NCBI RefSeq assembly: GCF_022539665.2
Contig: NC_081332.1
Span: forward strand, 1,240,001 to 1,304,000
Origin: Daphnia carinata
Taxonomy: Eukaryota
DNA length: 64,000 nt
Direction: 5' to 3'
The translations under genes and the position numbers were made by a program. This document shows, in pieces, positions 48,471 to 61,781 of the stretch (positions are counted from its first letter, which is position 1; each line of letters opens with the position of its first letter). The notes beneath the pieces were generated by a model that saw only the letters and a list, made by a program, of their open reading frames with translations, had not been told where the DNA came from and did not search any database.

Positions 48471-51400
48471 TGTCAATGATGGCAAGAAAAAAAGGTTCCA
48501 ACTTTCAAAGGAAAAAGACAAATTTAGTTGTACTTTAATCAACTGGGGTGTCGTGTTCGTTATGTTAATTCACTGATTGAACACACATTTCCCTTTGGTA
48601 TTATCTGCATATTAAATCGAGGGCGTCCAAAAAGGAGGGTGGAAAAAAACCAAGTTACATTTTAATTTTGATGTCACAGCATAGAATGGCTGTACCTTTT
48701 TACAATCACGATTGCTACTTAGAACACGAAAAAATTTGTTACAGCGCTTTGAACAACAACTCCTTATTCGAAAACGTTCACATTCCATATTATATGTGAT
48801 GCAATTGCAGTGCTTGGCAAAATATAATATTATTTCTTTGAACTGTTGTTTAATAAACCCTTGGCGGAAAAATCGTTAGTTATACCGAAAATGGCGCGAA
48901 GATGTACAGTTGACAAGTAACAAATAAACTGGTGAGACAAATCGACCGGTTTATGTCGTGGACAGCAATTGAACCATTTCTTGAACAGATGTGTACATTA
49001 ATCAAGTACCAAAATACCTGTTTATATGGTAGCTTCAATCCTGTAGATAATTTCGGCCGTTTGTATCAAAATTGCTCAATTACTGTCACGAGAAAAATCG
49101 TGTCAAAGATACCGTTCGCTGACCTAGACATTTTTGCCAATAGTTTCAACATAAATTTTTTGTGGGATTGGCTATTTACTTGCTATCATACCATTGATCA
49201 TGCCCATCATACATTTTTGTGGTAGCAATGAAAAAAAAACTTGGGTAATGCTAGTACACATCCAAACAACTATCAGCAACCATCGAAGAAACACCAAATT
49301 ACCCACTTGCCAATCACTAGCAGGAAATGTGAAATTGTTCCAAATAACCCATTCCTGATCAAAACAAAGAATACACATTTTCTGTTCGAAATAGCTGGAA
49401 ACACTTGCCTGCAAAAGTATTACTACCCTCCCTCTGCGAAGCTGATCTACTGGTAAGGACTGTCCCATTAAAGGCTATTATTTGAGAATGCTGAAGAAGA
49501 ACTGATTTGTCTCATGGTAGATAATTGGAGATCTCAGGAAAATGTAACTGTTAATTAGGAGAAACGAAAACACTAATGAGAAAAAAAAAAGAACACGCGA
49601 CTTTTCGTCTGTGAAAACGTTCTCCCAAAATTGTCTATTACCTTACTGTTTTGGTTCTGCTCACCACTAGGAAGGAACAAAATTCCAGAAATTGCACTAA
49701 TTTAAAAAAAGCGATAATGAAGCTTACTATTGATAACGTCGATATCATTGTTCGAGAAGTGTACATAACCAGCACAAGCAAAATGGGTGGAGGCCAACTG
49801 GCTCTTCAAATTGTTCATGGTCATTAAGTGCCAGCTAGTGGCAAAGGTCAACATTTTCTAGAAAATTCGGCGATATGCAGCCGTACACGAGGTCAAGCAA
49901 AAAGTAGGGCATTATAGTTTATCATGCAACTGTTGGGTGTTACACCAAAATGTATTTATTTTGATCCTATTATGGTAGTAAATCGATTGGAAAACTTGTT
50001 GAGCAATTTCCTAGGTCGTTATGGGCATTCAATAATTATGATGCCAGTGTGTGGGCATTGAGAAACTGTTTGGCCCAATATTAATGCATCAGTTGAGACC
50101 TGCTGTATGTTGGCTTTCCTAACGCCCGAGATGGCCATAAAGGTATACCTGGAGTAAAAGACTCGCTGTTCATTATGCAAGCACTGCAAGAAACAAATGG
50201 AACTGTCAAAAGAGCTGTACGATTGAAATAAGTAACGGGTTTTCGTGCCGGTCATTTAAGATAGGACTTTAAAAAGCCTGAACAGATGGGACGTTTCACT
50301 AGAATGATGACAGTCTACGTCAACAACTAAAGGTCCATCGCATCATTCCTGGTACTCCCTCTCAGACAACTTAAGATTTGTCACTGAAAATCTGAACGAT
50401 CGATGGCATACAGAAAAATTAAGGCGAACGGAAACAACTGTAAACGCCTAGAGTGATTTTGAAGTTCCCTGGAAAAGCAATAGTATAAATAAATAGCTGT
50501 GCCAAAGGAAATTGATTGGTAAGATATCACATGGATATTATTAGAATTAAAGCAAGTCTTTTGGGTTTTTTTTTTTTTTTTAGATCGCATTGGTGGCTGG
50601 CTTGACATACGATTCGTCTTTGTCGACCGGTTTTTATCTAAACGTCGTCGTTACAAGCCAAGGTGAACTGGCTATCTCAATTGCTCTTGAGTTTGATCAC
50701 CAATTTAAATTACCAGTTGGAGGTAGTTCCAAAAGGTCACAAAATGATAAAAAGAAAAATTAAGGCATAACAATTTGACAGAGCTATAACCACTGTTTTG
50801 TTAACCCACAGCATCTAATAAGAATTTGGATCCTCAAAAGAAAAATATACCTCATTTGAAAAGCGTTTGGTGGCTGAAAAACTAATTGTGTTTCAATTTT
50901 CTTCTGGTGCCAGGCATCAAGCTTTTGCCTCTTTGAATCTTCTCATCTTTATTCTCCTCTTACATTGGTTTGTATGCCAACAAATGACATCTCGTTGTCA
51001 TATTGGTCATATCTTTTGGGCTGTTGGCTTAGTAGGCATGCAACACGGCGTGATTCATACAACAATGTAGAAATAGAAAATCCAATCCTGGATCAATGCT
51101 ATTTGGACAACAACACGCACATCGACTTAGCAAGAAAGTACATTGCCGCAAATGGACTCTGGTCCTCTTTTTTAGCTATGAAACTCAAGGTGGGACAATC
51201 GTTTCAATTTGGAAAACATCAGTGATAAATATATTGGTTTTAACAGGTTGCAAGCCATCAGGTAGGATTAGCCATTCTTGTTTTTCTTGATGCCATCAGC
51301 AACCGGATTTCATTCGCTACGACGTCACCAACGTAGAAGCAGGCCATACATCTTTGACCATTGACGATATCCCATTATTCGGAGAATCGGAGAAAACAAA

Positions 51401-54400
51401 AAGGGCTGACAGATCCGACCGTTGGGTTTACTGTAACAACAATTAAAACGAAACCAGCGACAACAGTTGGAACGTTAAGGCACGGGAGATTGTTAATCAG
51501 CTAACAACCAGTTGAGTTCGACGTGGGCCAAAATAGTGCGTCAGGTGAGCAGAATATTAATGTTGTTTCACTGGAATCTATAGGTCAGTGATAAGGAATG
51601 CTACGAGCTGGACAGAGAATTACCTGGAATACTGGATGATCGGAGTTTGGCTAGCGAACTTGTGCTCTAATTTAAGTTTATAGCATAGCAGGTAGGATGA
51701 AACACAAGAATAGTGTGATTTGTGGCCAGATTTTGCAATGATAAAGACTACATTTCGTGGAAGTCGTTTAATGATACTCGTTTGTCATTGTCGCACACAT
51801 TCTAATTAGCTTTTCCAGCGTATTTCATCTTAAGTACTTCCCCGCGACGTAAGAGCAGATGAAACTTTTAAAATTCTTAGCAATGAGGTGCCATTTGTTA
51901 ACGACGTTTACGTGCCCATGACTACCTACACATAGTATCCCTTTTTAAGTTGTGAAACGACGCCCCCACGTTAACAGAGTGCTGGATTGAGACAAATTGA
52001 GAGAACGGGTTTTTATCTTTTAATTGGCAAGTTTCAAACGAGTGCATGTCGTTGTTCGTGCGCCCAGGCATTCACGTTAAAGCTTATTGAAACTGCACAA
52101 CTAGTGGAAACTTGGATGGATTTGGAAGATGGGAAAAGGAATGCAAATCAGGGGGGGGGGGGGGGGGGGGCTGAAAGCTCAGAAGATTCAGAAATAGAAC
52201 CAAATGTAAAAATCACTCACACAAATCTGATGATGCAGAGCAGCCGTTGGTGATAGGACACTGATCGATCGAAGAGTATAAGTAAATCTTAAATTAGATA
52301 GAGCCACCATAAATGAGCCGTAAATAGAACTTACTTTCGTTTCTAGTAAAAGGCGCAGGTGTGGCGGAGTTGAGCGCTAAATGCATATTGATCCAAAGCA
52401 GATATAAAACTGAGTTACGCATCGTGTTGTACAACAGTCTGGAAGACGACGATCTTACTGGAGAATACCACTGGAAGCTTCAACTGTCTCAGCTCCTCTT
52501 CACTATACGAAAAGTAAGTTTAGTATTAAACATCGTACCATCTTATTGGGACGGAATTTAACTACATCTTAATAATTTGGAGGTATAACCAATTTTTTAG
52601 AAACCGAAATACCTGTGGCAAGAACAATAAAATGGACGAGAGCACCAATAGAACTCGAGGAGATCTTGTTTGCTCCATTGCGGCTGAAGATGCTCAGAAT
52701 GTTGCCCGATTGTGTGTTCTTTTACTTCTGGTTATAACTGTATTTGTCATCTTTGTAAAAGCTTTAAGGCAATTGTTTCAAGTGACGGCTACTCCTTACA
52801 GAAAGTTCGATAGTAACGCACTCTGCATTTTGGTTTTCGGGTTGGCCTTTTTTCTTTTCGTGATTGTTGTGGATTGGACTAGCATTAACACTTGTGGGGG
52901 TTTACGCACAAACCATACCACTAACCTTCATTCAAACGTTGTTGCTTGAATGCGATGTGGAAACACATGATTGATTCTTCTACAAGCAACTTCAAGTTCA
53001 AGAATCCTGAAATGGAGAAAGACGTCTTAAGGCCACTGGAATAACATTTCACAATCATCACTCGCTGCTGTAGGGGTAAACCTGAAATTGCAACCTCGCT
53101 TGAGGGACACGTTGATATATTTGGAATTATATTATGTACCTGCTGATATTTATTACAAATTATGTGTGGCATTTGTGATGACGCAGAGTTTGTTCTTGCA
53201 GAGAAAAAGAGCTCAGGTCAGTCGTTTATCTTTTCATCACGTTAGGTCTTCAAATTCCAAACGGATCTAAGGTATGAAAGTCCGTCGACAACTTTTTGCA
53301 GTGGCTATAAATATGTAAATCAGTAAGCAGATAAAACCTCAGTATACTAAAAGAATTTTTTACTTGCCGTTTAGGTTTAGCTAAACCGGTTTAAATACAT
53401 GCGTTAGGAATGATAGCGATCCACCTTCCCGTACGAAACAACGGGATCGCCGTAGATAGAACGAACGAGATTCGTTAACAATTCCACGTGCTCAGGTGCA
53501 AAACTTTTATCTTTCATCAGACAGCCTTCTCCTTCTGCCATTATAACTGTTTCTAGGTCGACTGTTCGGCAAAAAACATTGTTTAAAAGAAAATAATCAA
53601 GAGCACAAAAAAAAGAAATAAATAAAATAGATTTTGCGAAATTTGTTTACCTTTCCCAGCTGTTGCACATTTTCATTGATGTCGAGTAAGCAATTGGAGC
53701 CACTCTCTACTAGTAACTCTGTCGAATGTGAAGTTTTGAAGGTTCTAAAATTCGATATTCACTTATGGGCACTGTCCTCTGTTTGTTGACAGATGTGGAA
53801 CCGGCAGAAAATCATGTCGGAATTTCATTTTTCACTGGTTCATTTTTATCGGCGATGGAAGTAAATTTTCAAATCCAGTTTAGTTGTCCTTTTCGTTCCG
53901 CGGAACACAATCGTTCTAACGTGATTTTGTAATTTTACTTGGTTGGATAGTTTTACACGGCGCTGATGTATTATGTATTTACCTCTAGTATGCACCCGTT
54001 ATGTTTTCCTTTAGAAAAAAAAGCCGACTTTTCCACACTTGTGGGTTGGCTGACGTGAATATTGGTCTCTTTATTATAGATAAATCAGTGTTGCACCACT
54101 CTTTACCAGATGTTCCGTTCGTACTAAATCAAGTTTTACACATTATTTAAATTTTTAAAGCGAAAACATTTTGGAACAGGAATACCTTAAACGGGTTCAA
54201 CTCTAATCGGTGTAGTGGAGAATGCGGCCACAGCACATGGCGTAGCAGGAAATAAATTTGCTGAGACGAGATTAGTCCCCATCCAAAGCAGCTGTACGAA
54301 ATTTAATCAAAACGTTTCATTCATCGAATGAATCGGTCCTATTGAAAGGTCAAGCTTGATCAATGATAAAAATGACACAAACGAAAAGAGAAACTACACA

Positions 54401-54747
54401 CACAAAACTGTAAAATAAAAAGAATTAGTCAGGTGTACATACCGTTCATACTCGCCATAATTTTATAGACCTTTTCTTCTGTATAATGCTATCACTTTCC
54501 CTATCGTTTGAACTCGACTACAATCAACGGCTGACGACTCGCGCACCATCGGAGATAGAACAAGAGACACTTCGAGCCGCTGGTGGTTTAAGCTGTTCAC
54601 ACTTCCGTGAAAATGGACAATGAAGACGAAATAACTTTCCCTCTCAGTTGAAACAATGCAGACTTACGTATTGAGAGTTAGTAAACCATTGTGTGCGTCA
54701 TTCATTCTTCAGAAATTTGAATGTGTGCTGACAATGCATTCTGCAAG

Positions 54748-54784
54748 TATAAAAACCAGCCGAATTCTGGAATAAACCATCAGT
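54748..54784 (+). promoter_or_regulatory. TATA box plus arthropod initiator of the glycine-rich protein gene
   Basis: TATAAAA at 54748-54754 and TCAGT Inr at 54780-54784, at canonical ~30-bp spacing. Confidence 0.75.
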
Positions 54785-54836
54785 ACGACTTTGTCTGAAG
54801 AACACATCGTTCAGCAGCTACTAGAATCTATCCAAC

Positions 54837-55302
54837 ATGCACAGCAGCAAGGTAAAATCATGGCAGCTTCAATCTGGAAATTCCCTTTTTTGCATTTTTC
54901 GTTTGCATACCGTCTAATTAGATTTCCGTCATTCTGGCCATTGTCCTGGCCATCTTTGGGGCTACTTCTATGGCCGGTCACCTAAGGAGTGGAGGATACG
55001 GTGGTAGTTTCGGCGGAGGACACGGGGGTAGCTTCGGCGGAGGACACGTTAGTGTAATTGGCGGTGGAATAGGAGGATATGGTGGAACACATGGTGGAGC
55101 ACATGGTGGCGGGATCCATGGAGGACACGCCAGTAGCTTCGGAGGAGTACATGGCGGAGGACATGGCGCAGGATACGGTGGAAGAACTGTTTCTGTAGTT
55201 GTCGTCAGAGGAACAGGTGGAGGTCATGGTGGGCACGCTGGAGGATATGGTGGCGGATTTGGCGGTGGTTTTGGCGGAGGCCATGGCTGCCCACACTGCT
55301 AA
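54837..55302 (+). CDS. Secreted Gly/His-rich protein (cuticle-type or ctenidin-like), 2 exons
   Basis: Exon 1 MHSSK (54837-54851) with GT donor; acceptor at 54921; ISVILAIVLAIFGATSMA signal peptide; GGYGG/GGHGG repeats ending GCPHC*; AATAAA downstream. Confidence 0.85.
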
Positions 55303-55456
55303 CGGCTGAAAGTAATTTATTCCAAATTACTAGTTATTGGAAATCCGTCGCTGGCTGACTGGAAAAAATAAACAAACTATCATTGAACAAGAATTCAGAG
55401 ATTTTCTTTTATTACACGTTTGACATAAACCACACAACATGATGCTTGTAGGTGGC

Positions 55457-56132
55457 CTAGTCTTCTCCAGCTGGCATAGCATCCTCTAATTTTTTGACGA
55501 ACTTGACTCGAAGTTCTGTAGTAGGGTCTCCTTTCAAAGAATCTTGAACAAACCAGCTGGTAACTTCCAGTTGAACCTAAAGCAGTCAGGTAGTATCTAA
55601 AGTTTGTACTGATGTGCTTAACATGTTACCATTTCACAGGCTCCCCTGATAATGCCACAAAAGAGATTGCAGTACTTCAAGCTAAGACAGCTGTCTGGTA
55701 ACTCAACAAATTCTGTCATTGGGTTCTGATCAAATAATAGGGAAAACTCATCGCTGGCAGCGGACCAACTAGTCACAGTTGGGTTCACCCCTAGATACAT
55801 CTTAAAAGCACTCTGGATTTTTTCGGCAGTGTCCCGCATGTCAGTACATCTGGCAGTAGATGTTCTAGCCAGAAAATCTTCAATTATTCGAACACCAATG
55901 TTGTAACCCATTCTGTCAAGCTGTCGGTTCACATCTTCGGCGTTTTCGTAATCTTTCAGTAGCTGACTTACCAGGGCTCCATAAGTAAGTGTAAATAATT
56001 CTGAATTCTTCATGATCGTTTTTGAACAAACAAAATTAAATTTAGATTAAAAATTGTGCCCAAAGAGCTCAATGGAAATTATAAGCTTACGATCTTTTTG
56101 GAATCTGCTACCCTCGCTCCAGGTCTTGCCAT
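55457..56132 (-). CDS. TRAPPC3: Trafficking protein particle complex subunit 3 (Bet3), 3 exons
   Basis: NSELFTLTYGALVSQLLKDYE; LDRMGYNIGVRIIEDFLAR; YCNLFCGIIRGACEMV; C-terminus DAMPAGED*. Confidence 0.95.
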
Positions 56133-56307
56133 TATTTTTGAATAAATTAGTTGGAATGATAGTTTAAAATTTTTATGGTTTATGACAACCCGTTTCACCC
56201 TCCTAAATAAAAATCAGGCTTTTTTACATATCGCCATCTGACGGTCAGATTCGCAGATAATCCTCTAATGACAAAGTTGGCATACTCTAACCATATAAAA
56301 ACCGAGA

Positions 56308-56780
56308 CCGAGCAACGTCCTAACGCGGTCGCATACTGGCGCGGTACTGCGAACCAGCGCTAGTACCGCGGGAAATTCACTCAAAAATCTCGAAAATTTG
56401 ACACTCCTTGGAATTTTTTGAAAATTGCAGCATGTACTCAAAATTTAATGCTGATTCCGGGAAAATTTTATTTTTCTTCAGTAAATCAACCGTTTTGGAA
56501 ATGCACCGAATATTTGTGGTGCCCCAAGCGCTGTAGCATACTGGCGCGCCAGCGCTTTCGCGCTTTGCGAATATTCGGTGTATTTAAAAAGTTTTTGACT
56601 TAATGAAAAAAAGAACAATTTTCCCGGCATCAGCGTTTCATTTTGAGTATAATCTGTGATATTCAACCAATTCCAGTTAGTGTCAAATTTTGCAGAATTT
56701 TGAGGGAAAATTCCCATGGTATTAGCGCTGGTTCGCGCAAGCGCGCCAGTACGCTCCAGCATTAGGCCGATGCTGCGCAA
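56308..56780. mobile_element. Palindromic foldback/MITE-like element between CPSF2 3' end and TRAPPC3 5' end
   Basis: Long imperfect inverted arms: tactggcgcg...gaaccagcgcta.tacc..gggaa...aaaatttgacact versus agtgtcaaatttt...ttccc..ggta.tagcgctggttc...cgcgccagta. Inner pair tactcaaaat...gctgat.ccgggaaaatt versus aattttcccggcatcagc...attttgagta. Confidence 0.7.
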
Positions 56781-57082
56781 ATATTCCGGGTATTTCGACA
56801 ACAGATCCATTTTTGAAGGGTTATTGAGCAAAGAATTACTTAACGTCATCTACTAAACGATTCCATGGTAGCAATTATTATGAAACACTTCTTTCAACCG
56901 ACATAACTTTTTATCACTCGCTTGATACAATGTTCTAAAAAAATCTACTTGACAAATGAATAGTAGTTTATCACAAAAAGCATATTTATTCAATTTCCAG
57001 TAAACAAAAGCGCAATGGGGGAAACGACGGATGGAAGCTTTCACCTAGATGCATAGATGCACTGACAGGTTTGACCGATATT

Positions 57083-59893
57083 TTAGATAATAGCGTACTG
57101 ATCGTACAATAGTTCTCTGACGCGGTAATAATCGTCTGATACACAGCCTTCCAGTGTAACTTTACCCGACTCGTTCTACAAAAAACAAACAAGGAAAGGC
57201 CCCTAAACGTTTTGTAAATTTAATTAGGTATTGGTGGAAGTTCATACCCTACGAAGTGCAACATTGCCATTACAGCACCAAAGAACGCCTCCAATAAACT
57301 CAGATGGGATACCGTGACGCACAAGCACTTGTTTAAAATCCGATAACTTTAGTTCATTAATATATGACGTTTCATGGCCAGGAATCTAAAGGGAAAAAAT
57401 GTTTATCATTGGCACTCAAAATAAATTGAACTTAACATAATTACATCTTTGGGCTCTAACGGCTCCAACAGCGGTGCTTGTTCTTTACGGAGCGAATTAT
57501 TTTCTTTATCGTCCAAGTCCCGCAAGTCTTCTGCCTGTTATCAAGAAAGCCCACCAATTATTTGTATTTTTTTGTTCAGTTCTTTTGTCATATTAAAGGA
57601 ACAGCGAGTGTACTTGATAGGTAAGCTTTGCATCAATCCAGGCCACTTCAGCATCTCTGGCTTTACCAAAGGAAAGTGAGGACAACAATGAGTCTTTTAA
57701 GCGCACTTGGTAAATATGGCTTTCGATTGTTGCATCAATTGTTTCTCCTTTTCGGGCTATAAAGGCTTTATTGTCTGATGAACCTAACACACAAAAACAA
57801 GAAAAATAAGGACAGCCGGCTAATTTTGACTAACTATAAAGAACTTTACCAGTTGAAAGGCATAAATTATGCAGTGCTTGGCAAGATTCGGGTGATCCTC
57901 TGACGACTATGGTTCTCTTCGGTTTCATGGATTCAATTAATTTTATGATGGATTCACCGTCAGATCGTCCTTCGAAATCAATATACTGGATACTTGCATT
58001 AATCGGCAAGGTTGTCGTGGTGGAAATGCACTTGGTAGGACACTCTGTTGTTTCCGGCTAGAGTGAAAGAATGAAAAATCAAACGCAAAATAACACGATT
58101 GTAAAAAGCAAAAGTATAGCTCAAATTGTTATACTTCTTCTTCCCATTTGGGTTTTTCAACCGAATAGTCGGTCATATCGTGGTCCTCAGATTCGGCAAT
58201 TACGTAATCTTCCGGGCGGATAATCTCACCGTATTCGTCGAATTTGATTTTATCTTCAAAATACGGGAACATGGTGGGATGCTTCTTCGAACTTTTAAAA
58301 AAGTGCTGTACTGCTCCTGGACCTTTATCGTCTGACCGTACAACAATGTCATGCCGGCCTTTTTTCACCTCATCTTCCGATTCGCTAGATTCTGCTACAG
58401 TTTGATCTTTAACTTTAATCCCTGCTAATATATTTTTTTCTCGTTCTCTTCTTCGGTATTCTTCCAACTCCGCACCTTCAAGTTCAAACAGAGCTTTTAG
58501 AAATTCCGTTTGCTATGCATCGCGAAAGCAATGTGTTACCTTCTAGTTTGACACGCTGTTTCAGTTCGAGGGTGACAGACTTTAAATTCGGCTGATTGTA
58601 CAAACGTTGGCCCAGCGTACCTTGTCCTGACCGGCTGGTTAGAACAACAGAATTTCTGGAATCGGAACACCATAAGGCAAACAGGTCTCTGGCGAATCCA
58701 CACTCCAGATCAGGCCAACTGGACAGAACTACTTTTGAGCCCGGTATGCGAAGCACCTCCGATAAGGTGTGACATAACTGCAAATACCTATAGAATATTG
58801 GTGGAATTATTTCAATAAATGCACCGAATTTAGAGACACTAAACGGCTTACTTGAATCCAAACGGATTATTTCTTGCTCCTTCAAATGATTTCATTAATT
58901 TATCTGACATCCATTCTATCTGGGATTTGGCGAACTCATTCACATTGTACGCCACATTGTTTAGCAGAGCCAAACTGTAGGCTCTCAAACCAGATTCTTG
59001 ATTTCTCCACAACTGCTCCAACATGTGGGCCAATTCGAGAACTCTTCCAGCCGTGTCTACAGCGATAAGGACATTACCGCCTCCTCTCAACGTTTGTAAG
59101 ATATTTGTCATCAGTTTTTCATCACGGCTTCGTCTTCTGGGCTGTTGGTAAAGGGTGTTAAATGCATCTGTAATGAGAAGCGATGGTCGTTGTATCTTTT
59201 CTAACTCGCAACCATTTAGATGGCGTTCCTTTTTGTGATTATAATCCACAGCATAAATAATATCTTCTTCACCATCTTTTACTATTTTCCACACTGTTCC
59301 TCCCAACATATGTCCTGCTGGAAGTGGTGTGATAATCAACCCTTGCCCTTTTCCTGTAAAAACATATCAATATTTATTAATCAATACAATGTATCATGTT
59401 CTTAGAAGTTTACCCTTTAGAGGCACACTTTGGCTGTATTTTAACTGTACAACTTTATCAAATGAGGTGTCAACATCGTCCAATGTGAACAGATCAAAGT
59501 CTTCCCTAAGGAGAAATTGTAATCACATTAGATTTTTTTTTGTAGTACTATAAGCTCGATGAGGTATTACATGTTATCCTTGGACTGATACCAATCGTAC
59601 ATAAACATCTGCCCCATTTTGTAGACAGGGACCGTAGCATAGACAGGACAGGCAAGGCCAAGTTTCCCAACTGCATATGCTAAGGCTCCCAGATGCAGTT
59701 GATCAGGATATGACAGAAGCACAGCATCAATCTTGTTCACATGCTTTTTAAGCTCAACTATGAATCCTTCCGAGCACTTTTCATCCCAACCGCAGTCCAG
59801 CAGGAAGGTGAAATCATCGACTTTGAGAAGGTACGAGTGTGGTGAATCATCAAGTGCGCCTGAAAGCGCACAGAATTTGATGATAGACGTCAT
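57083..59893 (-). CDS. CPSF2: Cleavage and polyadenylation specificity factor subunit 2 (CPSF100), multi-exon
   Basis: [77 protein letters not shown]-terminus [23 protein letters not shown]. Confidence 0.96.
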
Positions 59894-60169
59894 CTCTGTT
59901 TACCGCCAGTGATTTATCATAAACCAATTTGTCAGCTAGATTGTTGACGTGTTATTCTTCAATTTAACATGTGTAAAAAAAAGTCATCGCATTACTTCTC
60001 AATAACGGAATTTGTAGATGTTGTCTGCCTGCAGCGGTGCCATATAAGTTTTCCCATGAAATGAACATTAGCAGGAAGCCGGCAACGGTGTTCTGTGACA
60101 TACTAGCAGACAGCTGAATGTTTCACTGTGAAGAATCATAACAATAAGTGCTGCTTAAACGTGCTTAGC

Positions 60170-61123
60170 ATGGCTATAAGTTATTCTAGGTTAATCCAAT
60201 TGCGATTAGCACAAAAGTGTTTCCAAAGATCATGTAGGAGTGTTTCTAGACAACGTCCCATAGCGGCCTCGTCACAAATTTCCAAAATAGATCATAAGAA
60301 GATGATAGAACCAGAAAAGAAAGAGGACCGCGTTATCTACGAACTTCCTAAAGTCCATGTAGAAGAAAAAAAGACCGCCCTGGCGTTATTCTCTAGTGAT
60401 ACCAACTATGGCATTAAAGTAATCGAAGTTATAAATGCAATCAAATTTACGCCGTATGGAATAAGACAAGCATGGGATATATTTCAAGAAGACAAGTTGC
60501 TGAGATCACAAGTTTATATAAAAGAACGAGCAGAATTCCTTGGCCCAGAGTTAGCTACAGCTCATTTTCTTTGTTATCGTGGAGGAAAAGTACGTTTTCA
60601 TGGACAAGAGGACTGGATCACACAAGATCCTGATTCTGATACCTTAACAAGTTTACCCAAATTCTATGTTGGATCATACAAAGTGGAGGCTGCTGACTGT
60701 TCAAAAATGACCCTCATTTATGAGGGTTTGGAGAACATGAGTAAAATTTTTAACAAAAAAAAAATTTGGTGACATTACTACATTGCAATACTGTGCATTT
60801 TAGAGAAAATGGAGAACCTAAAGTGGCTTAGTCTGGAAAGTTGTCCATATATTGATGATTGGTGCCTGGATAGGATTTCAGGTGAGTATGGCGACACATT
60901 GGAATACCTAGACATTCGAAACTGTCCGCTAGTGACAGATAAGGGGATTGCCTCGTTAAGCAAAATGAAGAAACTCAAAACACTTATTTTGGGCGGTCAC
61001 CCTGAAGCTAAAAACCTTGAACTTGTATGTCTCATGCTCGAGGATATTTTGCCTGAAATCACCATCAGAGGTATTGTTTACTGCGATACCTCTCTATTGA
61101 AACCCAATGAAGCTAACGAGTAA
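60170..61123 (+). CDS. DMAC2: Distal membrane-arm assembly complex protein 2 / ATP5S-like, 2 exons
   Basis: LGPELATAHFLCYRGGKVRF; VEAADCSKMTLIYEGLENM; LRR-like LKWLSLESCPYIDDWCLDRI; LEYLDIRNCPLVTDKGIASL; LMLEDILP. Confidence 0.85.
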
Positions 61124-61609
61124 CATGTACAGCCATTATGTAAGGAAGATCCTTTCTCGCGACAGGTCATTCCTTTTTTCCCCTTAGAAGTTAAAGACAA
61201 TACATAAATGGTATTATTTATTCAATCCTTTTAAATGGAAATGACAAAGGTTAATAAGAACGAGTTTGTGGGGCTTCTTAAGACGAAATCATGTACGAAA
61301 AATATTGATTATTAGGAAAAAAACAAGGGGTTCAATAACGACAATTTTAACGGATTGGCGACTTTGAAATTATTTGAATTAAGGACGGGTCTCACAATTG
61401 TTAATTATTTTTCCATTCATTCAACTCCGTAAAATGACCTTATAACTGTTCTCCAAGTTTTATTATGATCCACCTTGATTTAAACATACAAATTATGCCC
61501 CCCTATGCCTACTATGTTTTTTTTAAAAAAAAAGGTGATTTAGTACTAAAAGAAGGGATGGGTTTTCTAATACATTTTAATGTTTTTACCCCAGATGTTT
61601 TCCATAATT

Positions 61610-61636
61610 ATTTTTTTTTTTTTTTTTTTTTTTTTT

Positions 61637-61668
<32 letters not shown>
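61610..61668. repeat. Near-pure poly(T) tract (~58 nt)
   Basis: Directly visible; lies 3' of the last recognised PP2C exon (intron or 3' region). Confidence 0.9.
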
Positions 61669-61781
61669 TTTCTTTATTTCCCTTCTTTTTTTAAAGCCTG
61701 CAACGATGTAGTCAGTCCTAAAAAAATATTCAATGCCGAAAATGAATGGATTGCCATGTAAAATTGTTAGGGCAATCATAC

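Noticed and set aside
49100..53300. Hydrophobic plus-strand ORF fragments (e.g. 52632-52949) suggesting a membrane receptor or channel
   Set aside because: Fragmented by stops and frameshifts with no diagnostic motif; no family can be assigned by eye.
54982..55296. Antisense Ser/Thr-rich ORF
   Set aside because: Shadow of the Gly-rich sense gene, which has a promoter, signal peptide and intron.
61465..61779. Poly-Phe and poly-Lys ORFs
   Set aside because: Artefacts of the poly(T) tract.
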